Shown here in pieces: positions 29,801 to 38,258 of a stretch of DNA of 64,000 bases (its first letter is position 1; each line of letters opens with the position of its first letter). This stretch comes from Thermoplasmata archaeon (GTDB lineage: Archaea; Thermoplasmatota; Thermoplasmata; RBG-16-68-12; JAFNFQ01). The notes beneath the pieces were generated by a model. It saw nothing but the letters and a program-made list of their open reading frames with translations. It made no database searches and was not told the DNA's origin. The translations under genes and the position numbers were made by a program. The stretch covers positions 32,001-96,000 of the forward strand of contig JBGPQV010000003.1 of assembly GCA_041489255.1 (NCBI GenBank), written 5' to 3'.

Positions 29801-32800
29801 TGAAGAAACGGCATAATCGCTTGCCAGAGGTCCAATTTCGCCGGTGGAGAGATCCCATGAGGCCGCCTCACCCAAGACGAGGTCGATCCATGCGGTTTCG
29901 CCAGTCGGAATGGCGTAGGCGACTGCGACTTTGACCGTAATTAGAGATTGAGGCCCATCGCTGGAGGAAATGTAGAATGGGACGCCCGCCGCGTATCCGG
30001 CCCATCCGTCATCAGGAACATGCAGCCCCGGGAATGTTGGGTTGGAGTCATGAGAACCTGACCATTTGTGGGGCTGGAATGTCAGGACCACCCGCGGAGC
30101 ATCCCAACCCATCACTGGTTTGACTTGTTCAAGAACCCCTTTCTTGACGGGGACTTTCAGATAGAGCTCGGTGTCTCCGCCGGTGTCTCCGCCAGCATCC
30201 TCAAAGAGCGTCCATGTATACCAATACGTCCCCACCTCCGGAGTTGCGCATTGGCCTGCATCATTGGTGCTACAAAGCCACTTGGGCCATTCCTCATACG
30301 CAGCGGCGCCGAACTCGGTGCCGTCTTTCGCCCCATCTGCATCGAAATCGCGCTGGAAGCTGTCAGCCATGGCGAAATCGCCTAGGGCGCCAGAAAGAGA
30401 CCAGACGTAGTCATACGCGGTATTCCTCCAAGTCTCCTCACCGATGTACTTATGTTTCATCGGAACCCATTCGCCTGCGTCCCCATTCCCATCCCAATGA
30501 TACATCAAGAGTCCATCCTCGCCCACTGGATTCCCTAAGTTGTCGACTGGACCCTCTGGATAACTGATTTTGACCACAGCGCGGTAGCCTTGAGCTGACG
30601 AGGTCTCCACGTGAATCACCTGCCCTACGAGCCCTGCATCAGTGAATGTCTGAGAACCTTCGGTAATGGTGACCGTTGCGCCAGGGTCAGGCATACCAAA
30701 ATCGAGGGCCACACTCACTCCAAGGTCTCTGTTGACTGCAATCACATCAGGCTCGAAGTCGGACGGGAGCAGGATTCCGAGCGTTGGGTTTGCGGCAGCG
30801 TCTGGGTCGATGTCGTATTCTAGGTTGCGAACGTCAAGGCCATCAGGTATCAAGTCGTAATCTGTGTCAGCGTCTGCGGGGTTGGTGTTCTGAAGATATT
30901 CCTGTAGGTTCGTGAGAGTGTCCCCATCCTTATATTCGGAAGAGTCATCATAGGTCGGCAATAGTCCGTATTTCACTTCCCAACCATCCGGCATCCCGTC
31001 AGGCTCTGTGTCCGCCTGTATAGGATTGGTGTCAGTCTGGATTTGCTCCACTGAATCGGTTAGCCCATCATTATCGCTGTCAGGTATGTTCGGATTGGTC
31101 TCAGCGGTTCCCTCCAGCCCCGTCCATGAGCCAGTATCTACGCGGCCGTCGATGTCACGATCTTCGAATTCCCCCTGTTCGATTCCATCGCTGTCAGTGT
31201 CAATCCACCCGTCGGGCAAACCATCTGAATCGCTATCCACATTCAACGGATTCGTTACCGTAGTTGGGTCCTCATCCGGGACGAATCCTGATGGTGCTCC
31301 CAAGGTCTGCGAGTCCCCGTCATTCTGCCAATCCGCAAGAGAATCGTAGCCTTGAGGCCAAGGGAGCCCTGCTTCCTGTCCGTCTGTCAGGTGATCACCA
31401 TCTGTGTCGCGCATACTTGGATTCGTTTCGATGTTGTCGACACAACCATCGCGGTCTACATCCTCAGTGCCGTCCCATAAACCGTCGTCATCTGTATCTC
31501 TATCCAGAGGATTCGTGGTTGTGCTTGAATCGGAATCTCTCTTGGGGATGCCAAATATGTCTCTGTCCAGTGTGTCGCCAACCTCCGGCAACCCAAGCTC
31601 AAGTCCATCAGGAAGCCCGTCACCATCCGTATCCGCAATCGAAGGGTCGGTTTCCTCTGCATCGATGTTGCCGTCAAGGTTCTTGTCCTCGCTCTCCCAT
31701 CTGTCAATCAGTCCATTCCCTTCCGTTCCCTGGGGATTCGTTGCGGGATCGTAGTCATCATGGTCAGGGTCAGGATTGCCGATCAGGTCATATCCGGGTT
31801 CCTGCCAGCTGAAAAGACAGCCTGACGCCCCCAAGCCACAATCCACCCATCCATCTGGCAGCCCATCCTTGTCTGTGTCTATGCTTGTGGGATTAGTCGT
31901 CACGGAGTCTGGGACATCATATCCTGGTACACCGGTCTCCACTCCATCCCCCAATCCATCATCGTCCGTGTCGGCATCCAGAGGATTCGTTAGATAGGTA
32001 TCACTACCTCGAACGGCTTCCTCGCCGTCCTTCACGCCGTCATCGTCTGAGTCATCATCCAGGGGGTTCGTTTCGCCTGGACCATCTCCATCATTCCATA
32101 CGCCCGCATCTGTTGCGCCATTCAGGTTTCGGTCTTCGAACTCTCCTGAATTCCGCGTCTGATCGTCATTGAAGTCAATCCACCCATCGGGTAGCCCATC
32201 ATTGTCCGTGTCCCAGCGGAGCGGGTCAGTGACCGTGCCTGGGTCCGAGTCGATTCCAAGAAGACCGACCTCCAGTCCGTCGGGCAATCCATCCCCGTCT
32301 GTATCTGCTTGAGATGGATTCGTCTCTCCTGGCCCAGAACCGGGGCCGCTTCCGGCATCCCATGCCCCGGTATCCACCACACCGTCGAGGTCACGATCCT
32401 CGTATTCACCGACATCGCGCAGGCCATTGCTGTTTAGGTCAAACCAGCCATCGGGAAGTCCGTCTCCATCCGTGTCTATAATAGTCGGGTTCGTGGTCGT
32501 TAATGGATCGGAGTCAGGGCCATAACTAACGCCATCGACAATGCCGTAACCCCACGGAGGGGATAGCGTGTCTGAGGCGCGCATCGGGGAGTCGTCGGTG
32601 AGCCCCACCTCCAACCCATCCGAGAGATGGTCGCCGTCCATGTCTGGATTGAGCGGATCTGTGATGAATGTATCCTCGCCTGCGAATAGTTCTTCCCAGT
32701 CTGTCAAGCCGTCGTTGTCGGTATCATCGCTCGTCGGATTGGTTCCATATAGTTCGACTTCGGCATAATCGAGCAGCAGGTCCCCGTCGGTATCGGGATT

Positions 32801-35407
32801 GTTCTTATTCAAACCATTCGCGTCCTCCCATTCGTCCCTCAGTTGGTCACCGTCTGAGTCCAGTTCGATAACGACTATGGCAGTGTCATCGCCAAAGGAC
32901 CCAGAAGCGTCCGTTGCCGTGAGAGAGACCGTGTATGTCCCAGATACTGTGAATGTATGAACGGTATTCGGCATCATTTCGTGAGGGCTGCCGTCGCCGA
33001 AGTCCCAGACGAAAGTGAGCGGTTCACCATCATCATCTTCCGCCTCAGCAGAGAATATTATGGGCGCAGCGGCGCCATGGATTCTCCGATCAGGACCTGC
33101 GAACGCAGTTGGCGGAGTGTTCGCGACTCTAATAAGGTGAGTATCATAGGACACAAGCCCGTGCTTGTCCGTCACACGGAGGGTAGCCGAGTACTCGCCC
33201 CGAGAAGAATACCGATGCATTGTGCGCGAGCCCGAGCCCGTCGAAGAGTCGCCGAAGAACCAAAGATAGGAGAGGTCGGACAAGTCGTCCTGGCCGTCGG
33301 AGGAATGGATGCCGCTGAGTACCGATGCATGCGTCTCTGCTCCTAGGGAGAGGACCTCAAAGGCGGCATTCGGAGCAACGTTAGAGACCGTAACGCTATG
33401 GGTCTTGGTGCTCATGACCCCGTTGTCGTCAGTGACTGTTAGAATCACGCCATAGCTTCCTTCCCGCCTGTAGGAATGGGTAGGCGAGACGCCTGAGGCC
33501 TTAGCTCCGTCTCCGAACTGCCAATAGTAGTCCAGAGCCGTGCGATCTGAAGCTGTGTCGGTCGAAAGGGAACCGTCATAGTACACCATCGTGTCCTCAT
33601 CTACTTGGGAGGGTGTGAATGCGAAGTCAGCGTTCGGCGCCCCATTCGTCACACTGACACGTCTGCTGTTAGCGCCCCAGTCCCCCTTCCCGTCTGTGAC
33701 CTTCAGCACTACGGTGTACGTTCCGGCGCGCAAGTACGCATGAGTGGTCGAGGCGGTGCTCGTGGTGGCCGTCACGCCGTCGCCAAGATCCCAAAAGAAA
33801 GATGGAGCCGGCGAGGAGGGCCCGTCGCTGTCCGCGTATATGCCCGTGAAGGTGAATGTCTGGTCCTCGGCTTTTGTCGCCGCGTTCACGTTGACGGCCG
33901 TAATCTCGGGAGCCTTGTTGTCCAGCACCCCGCCCTTGAACGTGCACGTGGCAGTGTTCGTGCCCCCATCCCCATCGTCGGCCTTCAGGGTGACGGTGTA
34001 TGTCGTCTTGGAGGAGGGGAATTTATGCGTCACGTTCCACCACACACGGTAGGGGGAAACGTGGCTTGGGTTTGCGAACGTCTGGACAGCGTCAGCGCTC
34101 CCGTCCCCGAAGTGCCACGTTAAGGTGAGGGCGTCGGCGCCGACCTCATGGGCAATCCCTTTGAGGACGGACGATGTCGCCCCGACGATTGATGCGTACG
34201 GCGCGCGGTTCTGCACGGTGACGGTCACGCTGGAAGTGGTAGAAGCCGAATGAGGATCGGTGACCGCGAGGTTCACCGTCGCGGATGTCTCATCGTACCA
34301 TACATACGTTGGCCTGCTCCCTGTCATCGATGCACTACCACTCCACGAATAAGCCAAGGCGTCGGCATCGCTCGACGTATCGGTGGACGCGGTGGCATCG
34401 AAGAGCACTGTCTGTGCTTCCGAAACGGTGATTGAATTGCCTGCTGTTGCCGTCGGCGCTCCGTTGGCGACGTTCACCACATGCTGCGTGGTTGACGTGG
34501 CGTCGTTGTCGTCGCGGACGGTAAGCAGAACAGCGAAGTTGCCCGGAGATGAATACGCATGGGTGATGGTCCTACCTTGGCCATACTGCCCGTCTCCGAA
34601 ATCCCATGCGAATGTCAGCGGGTGCCTAGTGATGGCGTTGCCCGGCAAGGCGTTGTCAGTTGCGGTGTCTGTTGAACCCGAGGCGTCGAACGTCACTACA
34701 GCATCCATGTATGGACTCGTAGGAGAATAGACGAAAGAGGCAGACGGATTGGCATTCACAATGACCACGTTCCGAGTCGCCGTGTCGGCGTTCCCGGCTG
34801 CGTCTCGCACGATCAGGTGCACGCGATAGGTTCCTGCGTATCCATAGGAATGCGTCTCAATGCCTGCAGTGCTCGTTGCCCCGTCACCAAAATCCCATTC
34901 GTATCGGAGATCCTCTCGCGGGTATGTGGCCGGCCACGAGGTCGTGGCATCAAACTGAATGCTCTCGTCCTCCGCCACGCTTGCGGTGTCAGCCGGAGTC
35001 GTGAGGATGACTGCCCCGGGAACTCCCCCTGATCCGTAGCTCGGACTCTTGATGTGGATGCGGATTGTGTCCAGAGCCATCGTCCCAGTCGACTCTTCGG
35101 CAACCAAAGCCACGTCGTAAATCCCGTCCGTTGTGAACGAGTGTACAGGTGAAGGATCCGTCGAAGAGGTGCCGTCTCCGAAAAACCATGTGAAAGATAA
35201 GGCATTTCCGGGTTGCCCGGGGCTTGACCCACTTGAGTCAAACTCGATGTCTTCTCCCGGATCTGCCGGGTCTGACTCTTCGGTTCCGTCGAGCGCATCC
35301 GCCACGGCGACAGGCGGCGGATAGCTCGCCTTGACAAGAGTTGTGGCGCCTGAGATCACGGTTATAAAGGCCAAAGCCAAAGCCATTAGACTTCTCATCC
35401 CGATCAT
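26804..35407 (-). CDS. 2867-aa secreted polymorphic-toxin-like protein (PKD domains, DxDxDG Ca-binding repeats, hydrophobic helices, C-terminal putative RNase toxin)
   Basis: GAGGAGG RBS then ATG 35407 and signal peptide; about nine PKD domains (WxFGDG); many NP...DTDxDGLxDGxE TSP3-like repeats; Gly/Ala-rich hydrophobic helices; tip with GQFHVIGRH...SFFP...IISFFP. Confidence 0.85.
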   Translation of the reverse strand: MIGMRSLMALALAFITVISGATTLVKASYPPPVAVADALDGTEESDPADPGEDIEFDSSGSSPGQPGNALSFTWFFGDGTSSTDPSPVHSFTTDGIYDVALVAEESTGTMALDTIRIHIKSPSYGSGGVPGAVILTTPADTASVAEDESIQFDATTSWPATYPREDLRYEWDFGDGATSTAGIETHSYGYAGTYRVHLIVRDAAGNADTATRNVVIVNANPSASFVYSPTSPYMDAVVTFDASGSTDTATDNALPGNAITRHPLTFAWDFGDGQYGQGRTITHAYSSPGNFAVLLTVRDDNDATSTTQHVVNVANGAPTATAGNSITVSEAQTVLFDATASTDTSSDADALAYSWSGSASMTGSRPTYVWYDETSATVNLAVTDPHSASTTSSVTVTVQNRAPYASIVGATSSVLKGIAHEVGADALTLTWHFGDGSADAVQTFANPSHVSPYRVWWNVTHKFPSSKTTYTVTLKADDGDGGTNTATCTFKGGVLDNKAPEITAVNVNAATKAEDQTFTFTGIYADSDGPSSPAPSFFWDLGDGVTATTSTASTTHAYLRAGTYTVVLKVTDGKGDWGANSRRVSVTNGAPNADFAFTPSQVDEDTMVYYDGSLSTDTASDRTALDYYWQFGDGAKASGVSPTHSYRREGSYGVILTVTDDNGVMSTKTHSVTVSNVAPNAAFEVLSLGAETHASVLSGIHSSDGQDDLSDLSYLWFFGDSSTGSGSRTMHRYSSRGEYSATLRVTDKHGLVSYDTHLIRVANTPPTAFAGPDRRIHGAAAPIIFSAEAEDDDGEPLTFVWDFGDGSPHEMMPNTVHTFTVSGTYTVSLTATDASGSFGDDTAIVVIELDSDGDQLRDEWEDANGLNKNNPDTDGDLLLDYAEVELYGTNPTSDDTDNDGLTDWEELFAGEDTFITDPLNPDMDGDHLSDGLEVGLTDDSPMRASDTLSPPWGYGIVDGVSYGPDSDPLTTTNPTIIDTDGDGLPDGWFDLNSNGLRDVGEYEDRDLDGVVDTGAWDAGSGPGSGPGETNPSQADTDGDGLPDGLEVGLLGIDSDPGTVTDPLRWDTDNDGLPDGWIDFNDDQTRNSGEFEDRNLNGATDAGVWNDGDGPGETNPLDDDSDDDGVKDGEEAVRGSDTYLTNPLDADTDDDGLGDGVETGVPGYDVPDSVTTNPTSIDTDKDGLPDGWVDCGLGASGCLFSWQEPGYDLIGNPDPDHDDYDPATNPQGTEGNGLIDRWESEDKNLDGNIDAEETDPSIADTDGDGLPDGLELGLPEVGDTLDRDIFGIPKRDSDSSTTTNPLDRDTDDDGLWDGTEDVDRDGCVDNIETNPSMRDTDGDHLTDGQEAGLPWPQGYDSLADWQNDGDSQTLGAPSGFVPDEDPTTVTNPLNVDSDSDGLPDGWIDTDSDGIEQGEFEDRDIDGRVDTGSWTGLEGTAETNPNIPDSDNDGLTDSVEQIQTDTNPIQADTEPDGMPDGWEVKYGLLPTYDDSSEYKDGDTLTNLQEYLQNTNPADADTDYDLIPDGLDVRNLEYDIDPDAAANPTLGILLPSDFEPDVIAVNRDLGVSVALDFGMPDPGATVTITEGSQTFTDAGLVGQVIHVETSSAQGYRAVVKISYPEGPVDNLGNPVGEDGLLMYHWDGNGDAGEWVPMKHKYIGEETWRNTAYDYVWSLSGALGDFAMADSFQRDFDADGAKDGTEFGAAAYEEWPKWLCSTNDAGQCATPEVGTYWYTWTLFEDAGGDTGGDTELYLKVPVKKGVLEQVKPVMGWDAPRVVLTFQPHKWSGSHDSNPTFPGLHVPDDGWAGYAAGVPFYISSSDGPQSLITVKVAVAYAIPTGETAWIDLVLGEAASWDLSTGEIGPLASDYAVSSVEVSGALYGWLEFRFDSPVLLEAETTYWMILRMFNGEFYWAASDDARIWANHALLYDVNFFESIDWTTDSGSLVYQMFCVDYPHDVSINIVTSEGDDNPEWKQEGYVSPDAGIPFPWTDHLIVLLDTDAINALLASYPDVDGYQFIPIRFHSSTKGDLLLESILVILGGRDYTPEDLLDSDSDGLSDGIEGLPAYSCLSSTNPDSDGDGILDGSEIDWWVDTDGDSLINACDPDSDGDGLWDGWNDNQGTPNQIWDSGELMGERNYRTSPVLSDTDGDGLWDGWHDTLRNQVWDSGEELGEVGYLGEPNPGGGYGTNPLEPDTDGDGLKDGEEVTGVYGWVTNPLNPDCDGDLLLDGIEILGWDTVMLTSVANVYEMTRILDDTSLPVHAQNMVSEAIRPLFTRYHVTSDPDKKDTDGDGLNDLMEFLQKVDPRKQDSDGDRMKDDIDDEPSVVELVVPYIDLSWSTSLCWEGLKCVHVTIVMSDNVGLGSLITVVDGKEYSNDDLYANIFDTRNKDFSIGFLDAFTGKTVDFYVVDVNGNANHYWLKQDTYFDRARDLLKDLTVKYLGPEVGGMAVGLWDCFSGMFTSIPSIMKNAGSLFDSGASFGHDLLNSGNPGDTLRNALGSLYDALVQQAENANPYDPVPDGDNDPWDMSNDHETFNYWYWIGNIIGMIVTAGAGAAVKGALEAGNIGAMITQALSKLGPLQRIISFAARAYEYFGRCTVKLALAGAIFAGSYALAELFGGFFEEMFANGIGLAGLVLMTKWSADVLGISDDILRGRTKALLRLPEAEVIGFEAAFPDRAIREGVWRSVTKDVIELEPGALERFGAWVRKNGANPLDEGAGADEVLKAWKASGLPDGIAVLKMGDGRFGQFHVIGRHIEGSIVSLDKDITSFFPTGKTITGYPIEKTLPPAMTDAQVWELLRDGLRNTPLGDIKLDTNSGNLIYTYKPHMYGIDEVTIVVRASDGSIISFFPVQGENVWAWIKALNDWRQQI

Positions 35408-35500
35408 CAATGTATCCTCCTCACGTCCCAACAATCCGCTCAATCCAATTGAATGGGACGCACGGGGATAACCATCTAGCCTTAAATGTTTAGTCTCCCG

Positions 35501-36548
35501 AACTGTGTTGAACAAATCCCGTCTTTTTCTCCCTCCGACCTCCCGACCTCCCGCCATCAGGGCATCTGCAGGAGCATCGCGTAGACAGCGAACTTCGCCA
35601 TGACCTCCCTGTACATCAGGTCGAGCCTCCTCGCCATCACGTTCTCCCCGAATATCCTCTTCTCGCCGGAGAAGGTCCACTCAGCCGCCCACCTCATCCC
35701 ATACCCGTGTTTCTCCCTCCAGCCATCGTACCCGAGGGACCTGAGCTCCCTCACCGCCCTCGGCCTGGCCGATGAGCCCAACGATTTGCAGGTCGCACCA
35801 GCCTTGATCCTGATCCCCGCCCCGATTCCTTTGTCCTCCAGGAGCTGGAAGTTCGCGCGGCTGTCGTAGGCGGCGTCGGCGAGGACCTCCCGTATGCGCC
35901 CCTTCCCCAGGGCCCTCTCCGCCTTCTCCAGCAGGGCGGGGAACATCGTCGTGTCGCCTATCCCCTCGTCGGTAGCTTTCATCGCCACGGGCCCTCCGTC
36001 AACGTCCACCGCCAGGTGCACCTTTATCCAGCCCCGGTGGCGGTGCCACTTCTCCCTCATCCACTCCCCCCTGTTCGTGACCTTGATTCCCGTGCTGTCG
36101 AAGGCGATCACGAACGGCCCGTCACCCTGAGGCGCGGGAATCTCAAGCTCCATGTCGGCTATCCGCCACCAGAGGGTCGTGTAGTCGGCAGGCCTGACCT
36201 TCCCCACGAACTTCGACATGCCGCAGAGGAAGCCCTCCATCTGCCTGTACTGCATCCTGAGGATCTGCCTGACGGCGGCGAGGAATCGCATCATGCTCTC
36301 GGGGAAGCCGTATGGACGCCCCCTCTTCCCGCCGTTCATCGTCCTCAGTTCGTCTTCCCACGAGTCCAGCCAGTCCATGCTGAGGTACAGCTCCCCCCGC
36401 CGGACGAGCCGCTCGTTGTACCCGGGCCAATTCCTCTTATCCTTGTAGTGCCTTTCACCCTCGCTCGGCATGGGTCCCATCCCTGCTGACAAGGCAGGTT
36501 CTCATGCCGAGTTCCCACCATCAAACCATCGATTTATTCAACACAGTT
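35501..36548 (-). mobile_element. IS5-family (IS903-like) insertion sequence, 1048 bp
   Basis: 18-bp TIRs AACTGTGTTGAACAAATC (35501-35518) and AACTGTGTTGAATAAATC (revcomp of 36531-36548); 8-bp TSD GTCTCCCG at 35493-35500 and 36549-36556. Confidence 0.95.
35557..36480 (-). CDS. IS5-family DDE transposase
   Basis: RNWPGYNERLVRRGEL, DYTTL, DSTGIK..RGEW, W.KVHLAVD, ADAAYDS, Y..RW.AE..FS..KR motifs. Confidence 0.95.
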   Translation of the reverse strand: MGPMPSEGERHYKDKRNWPGYNERLVRRGELYLSMDWLDSWEDELRTMNGGKRGRPYGFPESMMRFLAAVRQILRMQYRQMEGFLCGMSKFVGKVRPADYTTLWWRIADMELEIPAPQGDGPFVIAFDSTGIKVTNRGEWMREKWHRHRGWIKVHLAVDVDGGPVAMKATDEGIGDTTMFPALLEKAERALGKGRIREVLADAAYDSRANFQLLEDKGIGAGIRIKAGATCKSLGSSARPRAVRELRSLGYDGWREKHGYGMRWAAEWTFSGEKRIFGENVMARRLDLMYREVMAKFAVYAMLLQMP

Positions 36549-36612
36549 GTCTCCCGCAAATGGACGGAGTTAAATCGCCTAAAACGCGCTCGATTCGTCC
36601 ATGTTCCATGCC

Positions 36613-36658
36613 GTCCCCAAAGCCTCCGCCCTGGCGGGCGGGGGCACCTTTCCTTTTT
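36613..36658 (+). repeat. Hairpin plus T-rich element, copy 2
   Basis: gtccccaaagcctccgccctg-g-cgggcgggggcacctttccttttt. Confidence 0.7.
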
Positions 36659-36893
36659 ATGCGGTCTTAGGCTGGAAGTGAGGCTCGTCGAGGGGCTGCC
36701 GACTGATGCTGTAGACATGTTGAAGCAGTACCTCGCAGGACAGATCGGCACGATGGGGCTCGCAACACGACTCGAAGAAATACGCATGAAAGCCGCCACA
36801 CTGCCGGGCTCGTTTCTCAAGCCATGATTTTGTCGATATGATATCGAGTTTGCAAAGTATTTTATGTCCAGGCGGAGGTAGTAAAGTCACATC

Positions 36894-37316
36894 ATGCCCC
36901 CCGAGGAAGAGCGAGAAGGCGAGATGGAGGAACCTCAGGAGCTGGCCCAAGAACAGGCCCCGGAAGTCCCCGTGGCCCCGCCAAAGCCCGAGTTGCGCAT
37001 CGTCGACTTCTCGACAAAGAAGATCAATCCGTTCTGCACCGTCTGCGGTCTCGAGAAGGACAAGTACATGGAGGTCGAGGTCAAGGGAGTGATCGAGTAC
37101 ACATGCAGGGACTGCTACCGCAGGTCGAGGGGCGCGCCCGCCATGCCTCCGGCGGCGACCTGCAGGAAGTGCGGAACGCCGATGCAGGTGGGCGACAACT
37201 TCTGCGGGAAGTGCGGCAACCCCGCGGTGCTCAAGTGCACAGCCTGCAACAATGAGGTGGAGGAAGAGGACAGGTTCTGCGCGAAGTGCGGGGCGAAGCT
37301 ATCCTTCGCGGACTAG
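36894..37316 (+). CDS. Zinc-finger plus double-zinc-ribbon protein
   Basis: CTVC...CRDC, then CRKCG...FCGKCG...CTACN...FCAKCG; GGAGGT RBS; 3' end overlaps the convergent JAMM gene by 18 bp. Confidence 0.85.
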   Translation: MPPEEEREGEMEEPQELAQEQAPEVPVAPPKPELRIVDFSTKKINPFCTVCGLEKDKYMEVEVKGVIEYTCRDCYRRSRGAPAMPPAATCRKCGTPMQVGDNFCGKCGNPAVLKCTACNNEVEEEDRFCAKCGAKLSFAD

Positions 37317-38258
37317 CACCGCAGATCCCCTGGGCAGCTTGAATATCTTCCTTGGCAGCGGGCTCGTCTCGTGCACGCGGAAGCTGCCGAGGTTCGCCTC
37401 GAAGCTCTTGACGCCGTCGAGCGAGGTGCTCCCGCCGCCGAGGCTGTTCCACAGTAGGAACACCACATCGTCCAGTATCTCGTTCTTCACGGCGGTGCGC
37501 AGCTCCTCCGCGTTCCCGCCGCGGACGAAGACTATCGGCTCCAGGATCATCTCCAGCTCTATCATGGCGGTTGAGCCGGTCTTCGTGATGACCAGGGAGT
37601 TCGATTCCGCCCCGCCCTGGAGCGCGGGCACCTCGATCGTGTTCGTGTCCTTCTTGACCCTGAGGCCATCGCCCCGCAGGTCCCTCTCGACGAGCGCGAG
37701 CATCTCCTGCTCCAGGTAGCCGGGCACGAAGTCGACTCTGGGCAGGGTCGTCTCCCGCCTCAGGCTGAAAGCGAGCGGGCAGCGGTAGGACTTCATCTCC
37801 TCCTTGTAGGATATCGATTCGACGATCTCCGGCTTCACCGGTTGCGCGCCGTCCCTGAGCACGAAGAACTCCGTGTCCGTCCCGTCCGTCACCACGCTCA
37901 GGTAGTTCTCGTGGCGGGAGGCTCTGGACTTGAGGGTGCTGTCGTCAGTCGCGCTGTGGAACACCGCGTGATCTGTCTCGTCCCTGAAGGGATGGCTGTG
38001 GAAGATGCCGACGATGCCCACGTTCCTGGGGTACTGCATCGCCAGCTCGACCTCCTCCCTCGCGTCCGCATGCGCGCCGTATCTGCTCTGCGACTTGTAC
38101 CTGGTGCAGGGGACCGAGTCGCAGACCCAGACCTCGCTCCTCCCGAAGAAGCCGAGGAGCCAGCCGATCGTCTCGACGCCTCTCGACCGCGCGACCTCGT
38201 TCACGTGGATGTTGATCTTTCGCAGCGCGCTCCGCTGCATGCGCACGCTGACCGTCAC
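37299..38258 (-). CDS. JAMM/MPN+ metalloprotease with C-terminal domain (putative de-UFMylase), 319 aa
   Basis: GTG start overlaps the E1 stop (GTGA); E29 in ETIGWLLG, H87-S-H89 in VGIFHSHP, S102-x2-D105. Confidence 0.85.
   Translation of the reverse strand: MTVSVRMQRSALRKINIHVNEVARSRGVETIGWLLGFFGRSEVWVCDSVPCTRYKSQSRYGAHADAREEVELAMQYPRNVGIVGIFHSHPFRDETDHAVFHSATDDSTLKSRASRHENYLSVVTDGTDTEFFVLRDGAQPVKPEIVESISYKEEMKSYRCPLAFSLRRETTLPRVDFVPGYLEQEMLALVERDLRGDGLRVKKDTNTIEVPALQGGAESNSLVITKTGSTAMIELEMILEPIVFVRGGNAEELRTAVKNEILDDVVFLLWNSLGGGSTSLDGVKSFEANLGSFRVHETSPLPRKIFKLPRGSAVLVREG

Noticed and set aside
35408-35680. ORF-track N-terminal 91 aa of the giant protein
   Set aside because: It begins inside the IS; the RBS and signal peptide point to ATG 35407.
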